Shown in pieces: positions 1 to 12,680 of a stretch of DNA of 64,000 nucleotides. The notes under the pieces were generated by a model that had not been told where the DNA came from, made no database searches, and saw nothing but the letters and a program-made list of their open reading frames with translations. The translations under genes were made by a program, and so were the position numbers. Numbering within the stretch: the first letter of the stretch is position 1; every line of letters starts with the position of its first letter. The DNA lies in NCBI RefSeq assembly GCF_009834535.1, contig NC_045696.1:35466001-35530000 (forward strand), in the 5' to 3' direction. This stretch comes from Camelus ferus (lineage: Eukaryota).

Positions 1-672
1 TAGCTATTAGCTGGGTTTGTTGGGGGAGGAGGGGGGAAGTAGGCATGTATATATTTTTTACTTCAGATTTTCAGAGTTCCCCATCGTGTGTTTCTTGAGA
101 TGGCCAATTATGTAAAAAAAATATCATGCATGAAGATACATGAAAATAGAATCATTTAGATTCACTTTGCTTTGTAATATATTGATTTTACCAAAATCTG
201 GCCCACATTGGGAAAAGTTTAATAAAAAGAAATTTCAGGCAGTGGTATTTTTCATTCTCTTTTTTAATAACAAACCAAAAACAATTCAAAAAATGTACAA
301 AACAATTTTGCAGTGTTATTGGTGACGATTGATTTAAGGTTTTGATCCTAGAATATTTGACTAATTCCAATCAATTGCAGGAATTGCTCCTTCCTGTATA
401 TCCCACAAACTGCAGTGCCATTCAGATGCTTTAATCAAAATTATAAATTATTTTGTGTCAATCAACTGAGAGACTCTTGTAAATAATAAAAACTACAAAC
501 AAGAATGTTACAGAGACGCTTCACATCATGATCTTCAATAAGTAGCGAAGTTTCTGCTTATTTATTTTGTATTTCTTGTGATGCCACTGACACCCTCATC
601 TCATATTCACTATTATTCATTATTCTCAGCTTATTAATTCTGCCTCTTTTTTTTTTCCTTTGATTCTTCAAG
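1..672 (+). other. EPHA3: 3' end of EPHA3 intron 2 with polypyrimidine tract and AAG acceptor
   Basis: ttctgcctcttttttttttcctttgattcttcaag immediately precedes the TGG (Trp) codon. Confidence 0.93.
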
Positions 673-1333
673 TGGGAAGAGATCAGCGGTGTTGATGAAC
701 ATTACACACCCATCAGGACTTACCAGGTGTGCAATGTCATGGATCATAGTCAAAACAATTGGCTGAGGACAAACTGGGTGCCCAGGAACTCAGCTCAGAA
801 GATCTACGTGGAGCTCAAGTTCACTCTCCGGGACTGCAATAGCATTCCGTTGGTTTTGGGAACTTGCAAGGAGACTTTCAACCTGTACTACATGGAGTCT
901 GACGATGATCACGGGGTCAAATTCCGAGAACATCAGTTTACAAAGATTGACACCATTGCAGCTGATGAAAGTTTCACGCAAATGGATCTCGGGGACCGTA
1001 TTCTTAAACTCAACACTGAGGTTAGAGAAGTAGGCCCTGTCAACAAAAAGGGATTTTATTTGGCTTTTCAAGATGTTGGTGCTTGTGTTGCCTTGGTGTC
1101 TGTAAGAGTGTACTTCAAAAAGTGCCCGTTTACAGTGAAGAATCTGGCTATGTTTCCAGACACAGTACCCATGGATTCCCAGTCTCTGGTGGAGGTTAGA
1201 GGATCGTGTGTTAACAATTCTAAGGAGGAAGATCCTCCCAGGATGTACTGCAGTACAGAAGGCGAATGGCTCGTTCCCATTGGCAAGTGCTCCTGCAATG
1301 CTGGCTATGAGGAGAGAGGTTTCATGTGCCAAG
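673..1333 (+). CDS. EPHA3: EPH receptor A3, internal coding exon 3 (ephrin ligand-binding domain and start of Cys-rich/sushi region), phase 0 to phase 1
   Basis: Translates [89 protein letters not shown]...[12 protein letters not shown], essentially identical to EPHA3 as I recall it. Bounded by a T-rich tract and AG at 671-672, and by AAG|GTAAGA at 1333/1334. 661 nt fits the conserved EphA exon 3. Confidence 0.97.
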
Positions 1334-2584
1334 GTAAGAGTCTTCTCTATTTTCCCTGTGGTGTATTTCTCACCTGTGAGTTTATCAGAGAGTAATTGAG
1401 AGAAATGAACCCTGCAGCAAAACATGCTTCAAACTGAACAGTTTATTTCTAGACTAAATTTATCCCACCTGATGTTTTTAAAAAAGAGAGTCACATTAAG
1501 TTGTATTAAGAAAAGTTCACAATAGATTCAGAATTGCTTCTATTTTTAAACCTCATTTTAATTTATTTAACTGCTTCTTTAAAGTAACTATTATGCTGTT
1601 CAATGGTGCCCCATGTCAAGATTATTCCTGGAGACAACATTTATGTCAAAATTTTACATCCTTGAAACTTGAAGTTTCTTAGAGTAATAGCAAATTATCC
1701 TAAGGAAAATATATTGGAGAGAAATCAATAAAAAATAATTATGGTAGAGTTAGAGATGGCACATAAAATGGAATATGTTTGGAATTTAAAATATGGATGA
1801 CTCTTTAGTGGTATAACTTTAAGTTGGAACACGTTCTTGTGATTTTTTCTTGACATTTGCTGATGTTGCTGGGTGAATTTTGGCTTCCCCTCTTTTTGTA
1901 GTTAAAAAAAATCTTTGTGTATTCAGGTTATTAGACAGTGTGTCAAGGTATTTTACTTTGTACTGATTTTCATGTAGTATTGAGTCTCAATCAACTTTAT
2001 TTTTAACAAATATTTGTTTTACTATATCAGTTTAGTGCATTGTCTACTATGTCATAAGCATCCAATACCCAGCCAATTAATTCTGCAGCCTGGCATCTGT
2101 AACAGAGTAGGCCAGTGTGGCTTGAGACTTGTAATTTTGCTTTTGCTGTCAGTGATGGTGCTGGTGTTTATTATGGTTTCCTTTTTAAACTTTTGGTTGA
2201 TTTTTTAATAAGCTTGTAGACTAATCAGAATTGCTTGCTGTAACTCAAATCATCATCTTATCAGCAATACTTCAATTCAGGCATACAGAGGAACTGTATT
2301 ACTTAGAAAAGATACAGATGAAAAGATAACTAAATAAACTTCATTATTTCATGAGATCAGTTTTATTTTGTTTTATAAGAGGGTGGAATGGTATCTTGAC
2401 ATACACACGTAGCCAGATTTTTAAACACGTCAAGGTAATTTTATAACAAAATGATCAGCAACCATGGGCTTTCAGTTGCCTTAAACAGAGGAAAACAAGA
2501 CTCATTCACTTTATTTTAACACATATTTAAAGAGTACCTCCTTCATTCTATGTAGTGTAATAAGAATTTAAAGATTTTTTTTTA

Positions 2585-2845
2585 AACATTCACTAAGCAC
2601 TTATTAGATGCCAGACACCGTGCTGATTTGCTAAGAAATGTCCGTGAGGTATTTGGTTTATCCCTCCAAATAACCTGTAAGTGTGTCCTATTATTATCTC
2701 CATTTTTTTAAATAAGAAAAAGAAAGCTTTGATAGGTTAGATATCTTGCCGTATAAGGATCCCTTAGTGAGTAAGAGCTGGAGTTGAGCTCTGGAACCAG
2801 GCAGTCTGATTCTGAGGGTTGCAGTTGTAACCTCAAGCTACACTT
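2585..2845 (-). mobile_element. MIR SINE, near full length
   Basis: Reverse-complement MIR hallmarks: aagcacttattagatgccagacaccgtgct, tattattatctccattttt, ggttagatatcttgcc, gaaccaggcagtctgattctgag. Confidence 0.85.
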
Positions 2846-3164
2846 CTTCCCTGTGATTCAGTCCAGTGGTGGGAGAGACCAGGAAGCCCCACAAGTACAC
2901 AGATTCTACTGGAGGTAGAATTCTGTACAACGAAGTGTGAGTAGGACCACAGAGAGCTGGCATAAAGTTACCAAGAATTTGTTGATGTAAGGTTTATCTG
3001 TTTCAGTTTATTTCTCACATCTTTCTATTTTTAGATTTTTCAGAAAGAAGAATCAGTAGCCCAGATGTTGTATTTTACGAAGACGAAGCTTAGCCCAAGT
3101 GATGTCTAACAAAATCTTGATATATGGATTGTTAGGCATCTTAGATATGCCAGAAAGTCTACCA

Positions 3165-3385
3165 AATTTAATTCAGTATTTTCAACCATCTATGAGTTCT
3201 AAGTAATAACGTAGCAGTCTCAGGGGAAACAGATGAATAAGTCAGTGTATCTACCTTCGAGGAGCTCACAGTCTAGTATGAAAGACAGGTAAATAAATGT
3301 ATAATTTTAATGCAAGACAGACCAATAAATCATCTACCAGGGTACAAACTGCCTTGGCAGTGTAGGGGAAGGAGAGATAAATTTT
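3165..3385 (-). mobile_element. L2 LINE 3' fragment
   Basis: ggggaaacagatgaataagtcagtgtatctaccttcgaggagctcacagtctagt is the typical reverse complement of an L2 3' end. Confidence 0.7.
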
Positions 3386-3977
3386 GAGTATTTCAAAATT
3401 AAGAATGGAAATTGTTCATTAATAATGAGAAACCTCTGCATTGAGAGTTTGAACTTACCACTATCGTGCTTAGAAACGTTTGAAGTAGGGAGAAAGAACT
3501 AACTGCCTTACACAGCTTATACATTCCAGAAGGTGTGGTTTATAATTTGTTTATTAAATCATTATATGAAAAATCTCAAAATGTGTAGAAGTCCCATTAA
3601 AATTTTGTGTCCTGGGCTTGCTCCACAGGAAGGCCTTCTAGGGAATCTAAATTTCATAAATAGGTCATTTTCTGACTTTAGTAATGAAATATTCTGACTT
3701 ATCTATTCTACTCTAGATGGATATGTGGGATAAAGTTCAGTGAAGTAAATGATGAAATTGAAGCAGTCTCTGTTTGATGGGAAACATATATTGATAAAAA
3801 ATTTTGTTGTAAAAAAACTCATCCATCAATTTCAGAACTATACATAAAATCAAGATTAGTTATCACAGGGCCAGAATTTTAACCAGATCATTATACTTTT
3901 CTTGTATTTGATGCAAACTTTTACAACTGTCCACTTTTCCTGAAATGAGAAAAAGTAGTGGAAAATTATGCTTTGAC

Positions 3978-4080
3978 CATTTATTCAATTATTAAGCATT
4001 TATTGAGCCTCTACTATGTGTCAGATTCTGCAGAGGACACTAGAAAAAGAAAGATGGACATTATCACTGTTAAGTTAGTT
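3978..4080 (-). mobile_element. L2 3' terminal fragment
   Basis: ttattcaattattaagcatttattgagcctctactatgtgtcagattctg. Confidence 0.6.
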
Positions 4081-5044
4081 TGGTTTATAGTTAAAAAATA
4101 TGAGTGTGTGTATGTGTATGTATGTTTTAAAATGTCTCATTCTCTGCCTCCAAAGGGACATATATTTCTAAGTGAATTGTTAAACAGAGCTAAGTCAATA
4201 GTTTAAACTGAAAAATAAGGTATTAGTATGATGAGGAAGGAAGTATTCATATGGGAAGATATGATTGATGGGAAAATAAAATGTTCTGCAATAAGATGCT
4301 TTATGTTGCTGGTCTTCCTTTACTTTGCTGGGGAAGACTGAAGACAGGAAAGCTAGGAGTAGAAAATGGCACACCTTTTTCCTTCAAGGACTGACTAGAA
4401 GGAGGGAATAAGTGAAGAGTGGAAGAAGTACTAATAGCTAAAGAGTCATTCAGGAACTGCATGGCAAGTAAACCTGGAAATACAGACAAATGTACCTCCA
4501 GGAGGGTAGAGAGTACTTGTTATGATGAAATTGGTAAAGTAGAAATGCACATTAAAAAAAAAATACACGAACTTAAACTGACGAATAATGTAAAGATTAG
4601 TAAGGAAAGGAAGAGATCATGCATCCACTTGGTTTTCTAGCAGTTTCTCTAATATATAATTTTAAAATATGGCCTTTCTTTAAATAAGTTATCTCTTGTG
4701 GTATCTCTCTTAATTTACCACATGTGTGACTTAAACCTTATTTGGGCCATGTTCCTGAGATTTGGGCAAGCTTGCTGAATGTTGGGAGTATGGTCAAATT
4801 ACAGGGTTCGATTGTTATTATAGGATGTCAATAAACCTCTTTTTTAACAAGGCAACATTGAAAATTAAAATTATAGGCCTCAATCATCTTTGTTGCTTTC
4901 AGTCATTGACAATCAAGATTTACTTGGTTCATTTCACTTGAGAAATCCTTCATAGTTCTTACATCCCAGGATAATACTTTTCACTTTTTAAAATTGCAGG
5001 TGTGGAGAAATTTCACATAAATACCAAGGGATCCTCGTGATCTT

Positions 5045-5079
5045 TATATATATATATATATATTTAAATATATTTAAAT
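5045..5079. repeat. (TA)n microsatellite running into an 18-bp perfect palindrome
   Basis: tatatatatatatatat followed by atttaaatatatttaaat (5062-5079). Confidence 0.9.
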
Positions 5080-5649
5080 CCTGGCTAATGAATTATGTTA
5101 TCTGTTTTGATTTAGTTTGGAGAGAAAAAATGAGAATGTTCATGGCTTTTTATATAGTCAATTAATTACATTTGAGGCAGATACCAGGCAGTTACTATAA
5201 ATATTCTTTGTCCTACAAACTGTTTAGACTTAATGTACCAAATACCTTATTAATGTCACTGAAGAATCTGTTGCTCTGTGTTTTATCTGTGTGCGTTCAT
5301 TGTGGAATGCTAACTTTATTCCTCCTTCTTGTACATTAGTAGCTGAGTAGAAAAGTGTGTTTGATGTGAGGTTTGAGGACATCTAGACTTTTTGATGACT
5401 GTCTGTAATTATGTTTGTTTTACCTACCGACTCTGCCTCTTCACTCATTTCACTGTCAGTTTCAAGTCTCTTAAAGAACTGGTCAAGCTTTCAATAACAA
5501 AATGATTTAAAGATTCTGCTTGTTCTGACCGAGAAGCTAGAGAAAATTGAAAAGTAAGTTTGTTATTACTTACTTAGTCTGTGTGTACCTTCCAGAAGTG
5601 CAAAGTATCCATATGTTTTAATGAATTCAGAAGCATTTCTTTACAGTTG

Positions 5650-5762
5650 TTTTCAGACTGGAAGTTCCTTGAGGGGAGGGATCATATCTTTTTTTTTTAA
5701 GGATGTTTTGCCTACAACCTAGCAGAGTACAATTGAGGAAGTTCTCCATTAATGAATAATTA
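5650..5762 (+). mobile_element. L2 3' tail
   Basis: cagactggaagttccttgaggggagggatcatatct...acctagcagagtac...aatgaataat. Confidence 0.6.
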
Positions 5763-6554
5763 TTGGGAAATTTCATGCCAACTATGCATTCTTAGAATGT
5801 ATGTTCTGGAGAGAACATACTTAATATTATATATCTTTGAATCAACTGGGTTTTTCAGAATGTCTTGCACATAAAGATGTGCCTCTTATCTAATTCGAAG
5901 TGAATGCATTTGACTATTAGGTCACATACAGTTGCGACACATTAAGACTAGATTCATCTGAACTATCATTATAGTAATAAATAAATTAAGTAAAGTAGTA
6001 ACAATACTTTATGTAGTACCTGAGAGGATATTTTTCTCTTTTATGAATTTATGATGAATATTATTTTTCTGGCTTGCAAAAATGAGTTGCCACTAATTTC
6101 ACACCTATGTTCAGCAAAGATCTATTTATGAAGATGCTAAAATAATTTTGTCCCTTTATTTTGCACACCTAGTACTTAAAGCACTTACTCATCCTTTAAC
6201 GACTGCACTGAGATGATCAGACTTCTTACCTTGATCTTTGAAATTTTTATTCATTTTCCCTGAGTTTAAAATGACAGCTCTCCATTCTGTTTGCCTTTAA
6301 CAGTTTCATACCCATGACTTCAAACCAATGAATTTATTTGAATTAAAAAAATGCCAGTAAGTAATAATGTAAATAGCTTTCAAATAAAGTAGGGTATACT
6401 ATGACAGCTTTATAATAGCTATAAAATCTTTAATTTATACAATTTTTTACATCTTCTCACCAATTTTTATCAGAAACCATGGCAGCATTAACATGATTGA
6501 GGAAACGTCCTCGAATCTGTCTTAAACTTTAGTTAGCATCTAATTGTTCTATTT

Positions 6555-6790
6555 AGCCACAGGCTCTTGTCACTGACAAGGTTTTTAGTTCTTGGACTCG
6601 AGTCCCGGAAATGATATTTCTCAATCGTGGATAAACAGTTTGAGCCTCAATTTTCTTATCCACAAAAGGGGTGGAATAATATCTACCCTTTAGAATCGCC
6701 AGTGAATGTGTGCTTCGCCCATTTTGGAGCATCCAGCACGGGGTAGAAGGTACTAGAACATCATCATCATTGTCATTCATTGATGTCATT
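6555..6790 (+). mobile_element. MIR SINE
   Basis: MIR core tttgagcctcaattttcttatccacaaaaggggtggaataatatctaccct and a (CAT)n-like tail. Confidence 0.7.
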
Positions 6791-9700
6791 GGATTGTATA
6801 GCCTTCCTTGCTCTCTTGTTTTAATCTGTGTTAAAACACTTGGGTATGACAAACACCCATTCAACAGTCTCTCTTACCTTAAATATTAGAATTTAGAGAT
6901 ACCTTGAGGAAGAGAAACTGTCTTAAATGAATTTATATATATTTAATATTCATTAACTTGTTGTCTACCTCCTTCCATACAGGATTTTTATTTTCTGAGG
7001 GGACTTTAGTTTTTGTTCCATTAAATCTCTAGTCTGTTCCATCATAGGTGGTATTTCCTTTGTTCTTTTGCTTTCCTTTTTTTCTTCTTCTAAACATTAG
7101 TGACTCTTGATTTTTCCCATCTGGTGTTTGACTCAGTCTCTTATTCTTTCTAGTGCAGGTCTTTTCCATTAATTTTTCAAAAGCTGGCCTTGAATGTACA
7201 CACAGTCGTTTTTATATTGTATACCCAGAAAGACTTTTTGATTTTAACTAATTTAAGAAAATATAGTTTAGGGAACAAGCAAACAATTGACAATAGCAAA
7301 ATAAAATAAAATTGCTATATTTCAAAAATGTTAAATCTAGAGTTTTTTACCACTGTTTTATGCACTAAGATCATTGTATACAATACTAGATTAGATAGTT
7401 GGTGAGAACATAACAATAAATAGTGGTTTTGCCTTGAAGAAATCATGCAAATCATAAATAAGTAATCAAGTAAGTAAAAATATTTGTCAAGCTAATACTT
7501 GACTCTGTATAGAAAAAAAAAAAACTGTATCCATTTGATTTATTTTAGCTATTTATTATGTTCACTTAAGAATTACCCGAATAGTAAAAACAGGCAGTGG
7601 AGAAAACAGTATAAATTTTATGAAGTAAATGCCAAATGTGCTTACATGAATTACTGAGTGATGTTACTGGAAACTTTCAATCAAATTATATCAGTGCACC
7701 AATTAAACTAATTCAGTAAAAACTCCTTTCAAATGAGAAAAAGAGAGGAAAAATAAGGGAGTGTATTTGATTTGTGACTTAAGTATTGTAGTTAATTTTT
7801 TTAGTCTGTATAAAAACAAACAGTATAAATTTAAAACATAGATTTGCATGTTTAAGATACTAGAAAGAAATGTGAATTCTTTGTTTTATATATACTACAA
7901 ATCAGATTATTTTGAGCAGTCAGAGACACTTTAATTGCAAGCAAATGACTGTCATTTAATTTAGGGAATAGAATGAAATCGTTTCTAATAATTTAAATAC
8001 CTCATAATGAATAAAAACAAGTTAAATGATCAGCAATGAACCACCATAAAAGACCTTAAAAATCACAGGCAGTTTTATAGCTGTTAACATTCTCACAGAA
8101 GATTATAACTAAGTAAGAATTATAGTGTCTTAGTAAAATATAGATTTTTTTTACCTTATATAAATGATCTTTAGTTTTATAAACATCAATTCTATTGTTA
8201 AAAGGGGGCTAAACAGGAAGACACTTCTTCTCTCAATAAGTATTTTACTACTCTTTACCCTAACCTGGAAGACCATTTTATATGTTAGAATTAAGGAATT
8301 TCCTTGTGGTTCTAACCACATTCATGATCATCCCTTATCAAATAGCTGAAGAATATTTGTTTTTAGGATATAAGATTCTTTTCTTTCTTGCTTGCTTTTT
8401 TTTTTTTTAAACTGTGATAAGTTCTGTGAACTTTCAGATACTCTGTCTGGTCCAGTGTTACAAAGCTGCAAGTAATAATTTAGGTGACACCTATATGCCA
8501 GATGTATAGTCTTTAGGGAACACAAGTAATTTGTTCATTGAGTAGTTTGTTTGAGAATCTGTCTGTGACAAATACGGAGTAAGCTTCCCAGGACAGAGTT
8601 CACTCTGGGAATCTGAGACATGGAAAAAATAATTTCAGTTGCAGAAAGGAAAATAGCTCTGATATTCCTTGAAAGAGGTTATTTCTGTTTTTGCATTTTT
8701 CAGTCTCATTTTTAAAGGACAATCAGAACATTGTTTTGTATACTACTCACAAAATACCTGTTAAATGTAAACTCATTTTAAAAAGTGATTAGAATTTTTT
8801 AAGAAAAAGCCACATCTGTAAGAGGTAGAATATTGGTTACTTGGAATAAATAAAATCTATATTTATTTTGGCATCTTAATAAATATCACCTTGTCAAGTA
8901 CCTTGTGGATCTGCCACCATAATTTATCATCATGCATAGCTGAACCCTAAAGGAAGTCTTAAAAATTTCATTTCTTTAACTTAGGTTTCTTTGGGGTTTA
9001 CAGAGACAGCCTTTTTTGGTTCTGATTTGCTGCATGCCATTGTGTAAAACAAAATATTTAAAGCTTAGGTATTATATAATATATGGCTTTTGTAAAGAAT
9101 ATGCATCTTTAATTTTTCAGATTTATACTTTTTCTTTCTAGCTGTCCAGATATCATCAAAACTTCTGTATTTTAAAATCTGAGGGAGGCAATGTAATTTT
9201 TTCAGAATGCATGTAACGATTCTAAAAAGAAATTATTGAAATCTAATTAACTTTTCTAATTTCTTTCATAGTTTTTAGTCAACCCCTCCCAGAGGAAAGA
9301 GAATCAAGCCCTCTGTAAAATAAACTGAGAACTAGATCCTTCTCTCCCTCTTGGGATACACAGATTCTGTGAAGTGCAGCAGTAATCGTTATGAAAAGCC
9401 TGCTTTGCTGATATAGATTCACTGAACACCTTCCGTCATCTTCTCTGTGATTTCTCCCCCTACTTCTGTCTGTGTTTGGAGTTTTAACAATCCCTTATTA
9501 GTTCCAGAGTAGAATTTACAAGAGCTAATAAGGGTTTACATTACAGCTCTGACAGCTGACACTAAACTTAATAGAGAGCAATTGTAGAGAGAAATATGCG
9601 TTTTGCTAATATTTGATGAAAGTGCTCCCAGAGTCAGAGCCATTTGGAAAGAATCACATGACTAGAAAGAAGCATGTATACTCTGCTGTTGTAGCTTCTC

Positions 9701-10679
9701 ATCTTCCAGGATGTGGGCAGGACATCCTGTTGGCAGATAACTCTAAAATCACTTATGGATGCCTCTGTATAGAATAGAATCTATGATCGTTTATATATAT
9801 ATATATAATATGTAAACTTTGGTCATGTTATTATCTACCAGTGTTCCCGTAGTCCTCTGAGATGTGTAGGTGTCATTTGTCCTTTAGAAACAGAGTCACA
9901 ATGTGGACATCTAATCACAGATTTGTTGGTTGAGAGGAGACCCAGGAATCCCAAGGCGGTGTTGAAATCATGAAACTCATAATCATCATATGATCAGTTA
10001 CAGACTTTTTGTATTAAAAAACCAAATAAGAAGTAAGAATGGCTTCTAATAGCAAAAGACTGAATGTAAAATATTCCTGAACTCTCTGTTCAGTGGTCAG
10101 TTACAAAGCCACAAGAGGTTAAAAGTGGAAGCTTTAATTGAGAACAGCTGCTACATTTTGACATGAAGACTCACTTTCAACAAGAGAAGAGAAAGCATAT
10201 GCTATGGAATGGGAGAATACCATCCTTGAATTAATGCATAAAGAACATGCAGAGTTTTATGAAGCTCAGAACAAATCTGTGTATATAAATGGTTGGAAAG
10301 AAACAATTTTGCTTCTCTGGTGATTATTAGAGAAGAAAATATTTCAGAAATCTGGATCCATTTGCTGTCTATCTCATGCTGCTGTATTGAGGAGATACAA
10401 AATATCTCAATCTGATTTAGCACAGGTAAAGGTTCTGTGGTGTACAGAGCTCATTAATGTGCCGAATTGGGAGGAAGGACAATACAATTCTTGCTCCCAA
10501 GTATCTTGGGTTCTAAAGGGTATATGAACTAAATTTGTGTTAAAAGGAGGCAAGGCAATATTTAAAAGGAACTAAAAGTGGTGTAAGCATGAAAGATGAA
10601 TATTGTTTCAGGGCCCATCAAAATGTGCTGCTAAGATATAATAAATGGAGAGATTTCAATCTTGATGGAGTTAGAGATT

Positions 10680-10845
10680 CCATCATTTATTCCTTTCTGC
10701 CAACAAAAATTTGTGTGCCTACTGCACTAAGTGTCCACTGGAAATGTGGCACTGAACCAAACAGAAAAATGTCCCTGCCCTCAAGGAACTTGTATGTTAA
10801 TGGAAATATCAAGAAACCAAATACCAGTACAGATTCTTTCAGTGT
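10680..10845 (-). mobile_element. L2 3' fragment
   Basis: catttattcc...tgcctactg...actgaaccaaacagaaaaatgtccctgccctcaaggaacttgtatgttaatgg. Confidence 0.7.
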
Positions 10846-10873
10846 CACACTCATAGAATTTTAAAGCCTAGAC

Positions 10874-11072
10874 TAATAGTCTCAGCTCAGGTGATTTTGC
10901 CCCCAGGGGACATTTGTCAATATCTGAAGACATTTTTGGTTGTCACAGCTGGGGGTGGAGTGGCATCTAGTGCTTAGAGACCAGAGATGTTGCTAAATAT
11001 CCTGTAATGCACAGAGCAGCCTCTCCAACAAAGAATTACCCAGGCAAACCATGTCATGACTGAGAAAACCTG
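10874..11072 (+). mobile_element. MER20 (hAT-Charlie non-autonomous DNA transposon)
   Basis: gtgattttgcccccaggggacatttgtcaatatctgaagacatttttggttgtcacagctggggg...aacaaagaattacc...tgagaaaacctg; degenerate 8-bp TSD GCCTAGAC/GTCTAGAA. Confidence 0.92.
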
Positions 11073-11190
11073 GTCTAGAATAACCCCTCCTTTTACAGAG
11101 ATGTAAATTAAAGCTAACAGTTTAGATCACACATTAGCTGAGCCTAAAATGGAACCCAAGCTCAAGCGTCTTGCGACTGTACTTCAGGAC
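11073..11190 (-). mobile_element. MIR fragment interrupted by MER20 (other part at about 10845-10873)
   Basis: tctagaataacccctccttttacagagatgtaaattaaagct...gatcacacattagctg...gaacccaag. Confidence 0.6.
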
Positions 11191-11789
11191 TCATCCTTTC
11201 TGGGATTTACTTAGAAACTTATGTAACTTTTGAAGGTACACAAAGTCTTACTAACTACTTAGATAACTGGAAAATGACACTTACACAAAAAGAAAAACAA
11301 AATGAAGATTCTTTGTCTGGGAGAAAGAATAAAGATTTCAGGCATCTTCATGTGTGAAGGTGGATATTTAAAAACAGGAAATGAATGTTGCTTGCACAGA
11401 GCTGGAAAAAGTGACTGACATTCAGTGGCTAGGATTTGGTAGTGCAAGAACTGAGAATGTGAACAGAGCGATAACAGAGATATCAAGGAGAAAGGCTTTG
11501 GAGGCTGAGGGAATTTTCTTATGCAAAAGGTTCAGACAGCTGCTCCAGAGTTAGTTTCCTTTTAGGATACTCTGCCGTGCTGACATGAAATCAAATCTGA
11601 CATTTGACTCCCTCTTTCCTGTAATGTGATACTAGTGCAAAGATGACAGGTAAATGTGGTTATACCACAGGACATACTGTATTAATAGCTTTTGTATAAA
11701 AAGTTCCTATGGTTCTAGTTCTAGGAGTGTTCCTTATTTGAAAATTAGAGGAGGACCTCCACATCAGCTGTTTCTTTTAAAAACAGCCA

Positions 11790-11995
11790 TTTCTGTCCTC
11801 GGGCATGTAACCGAGCCTGGCACTTTATTTAATCCTCCCAGCGACCCATGAAGAGGCACTATCATGTCCCCATTTCGCAAGAGAGGAAGCTGGAGGCTTG
11901 GAGAAATCGAACAGTTGTCCAGTGTCACACACAGTAAGTGGAGAAACTGGGCTTTGCGAGCAGAGCACCGTTGTGTGACCAGTGTTCCCTCTGTC
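11790..11995 (-). mobile_element. MIR SINE
   Basis: tttatttaatcctcccagcgacccatgaagaggcactatcatgtccccatttcgcaagagaggaagctggaggct...gtcacacacagtaagtggagaaactggg. Confidence 0.85.
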
Positions 11996-12477
11996 ACCCT
12001 CCTGTAGAGAACCAGGGTCAGGAAGGAACCTGAAGCCTACTAGCCCGTGTTTTCAGAAACAGCCTGTTACAGCTCAGGGCTGGAGTAACTGCAAGAATGC
12101 TTTTGAGGATGTTATTCAATACTTTTCACTGTGTCCTCTCTCTGGGAGCCCTCACATTGACTTCTGGCTCCAGTGCCAGAAGTGTTTGTGTTCCTCAGGC
12201 TACTGGCTTATTTTCACTTTTGGAAACTGATCCACGTCATGGTTCTGATTTCTTGTTTGCATTCCCTGAGGAAGGACACAGAATTATGTGTCTGCCTACA
12301 CCCTGCAAACGGCTGCACCCTCTCTACATGCCTTTTTGATACCCAACTCACAATTTTACTTTTTTATATTCCCTTTACACTCTACTCTTCACCTTTAAAA
12401 AAGTATTTTATGGTAATCGATTCCATCTTGAATTGTGAGTACCCTGCCTCAAGCGTAAATCATAAATACATTTGAAT

Positions 12478-12680
12478 TGCCATTTATTGATTGCCTAGTA
12501 TGTATACAGTGATTAACATATCATTTAATTCTCAACAAAAGCCCTACAAGGTAAATATTATTAGCTGTATTTTACCAGGGCAGGGCTAAGAGAATTCACT
12601 AATGTGCCCTGTGTCACAATGCCAGGATGTAAATTCGGTCTGTCTAATTCTGAAACCCAATCCTTTTTATAATATAGTAA
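12478..12680 (-). mobile_element. MIR SINE
   Basis: ccatttattgattgcctagtatgt...tcatttaattctcaacaaaagccctacaaggtaaatattatt...ggtctgtctaattctgaaaccc. Confidence 0.8.

Noticed and set aside
727..1395. ORF-track 222-aa ORF as a complete single-exon gene
   Set aside because: The GTG at 727 is an internal Val codon; the true unit is spliced exon 673-1333
790..1425. 211-aa and 76-aa minus-strand ORFs and a 63-aa alternative-frame ORF over exon 3
   Set aside because: Shadow ORFs of a coding exon; no recognisable domain
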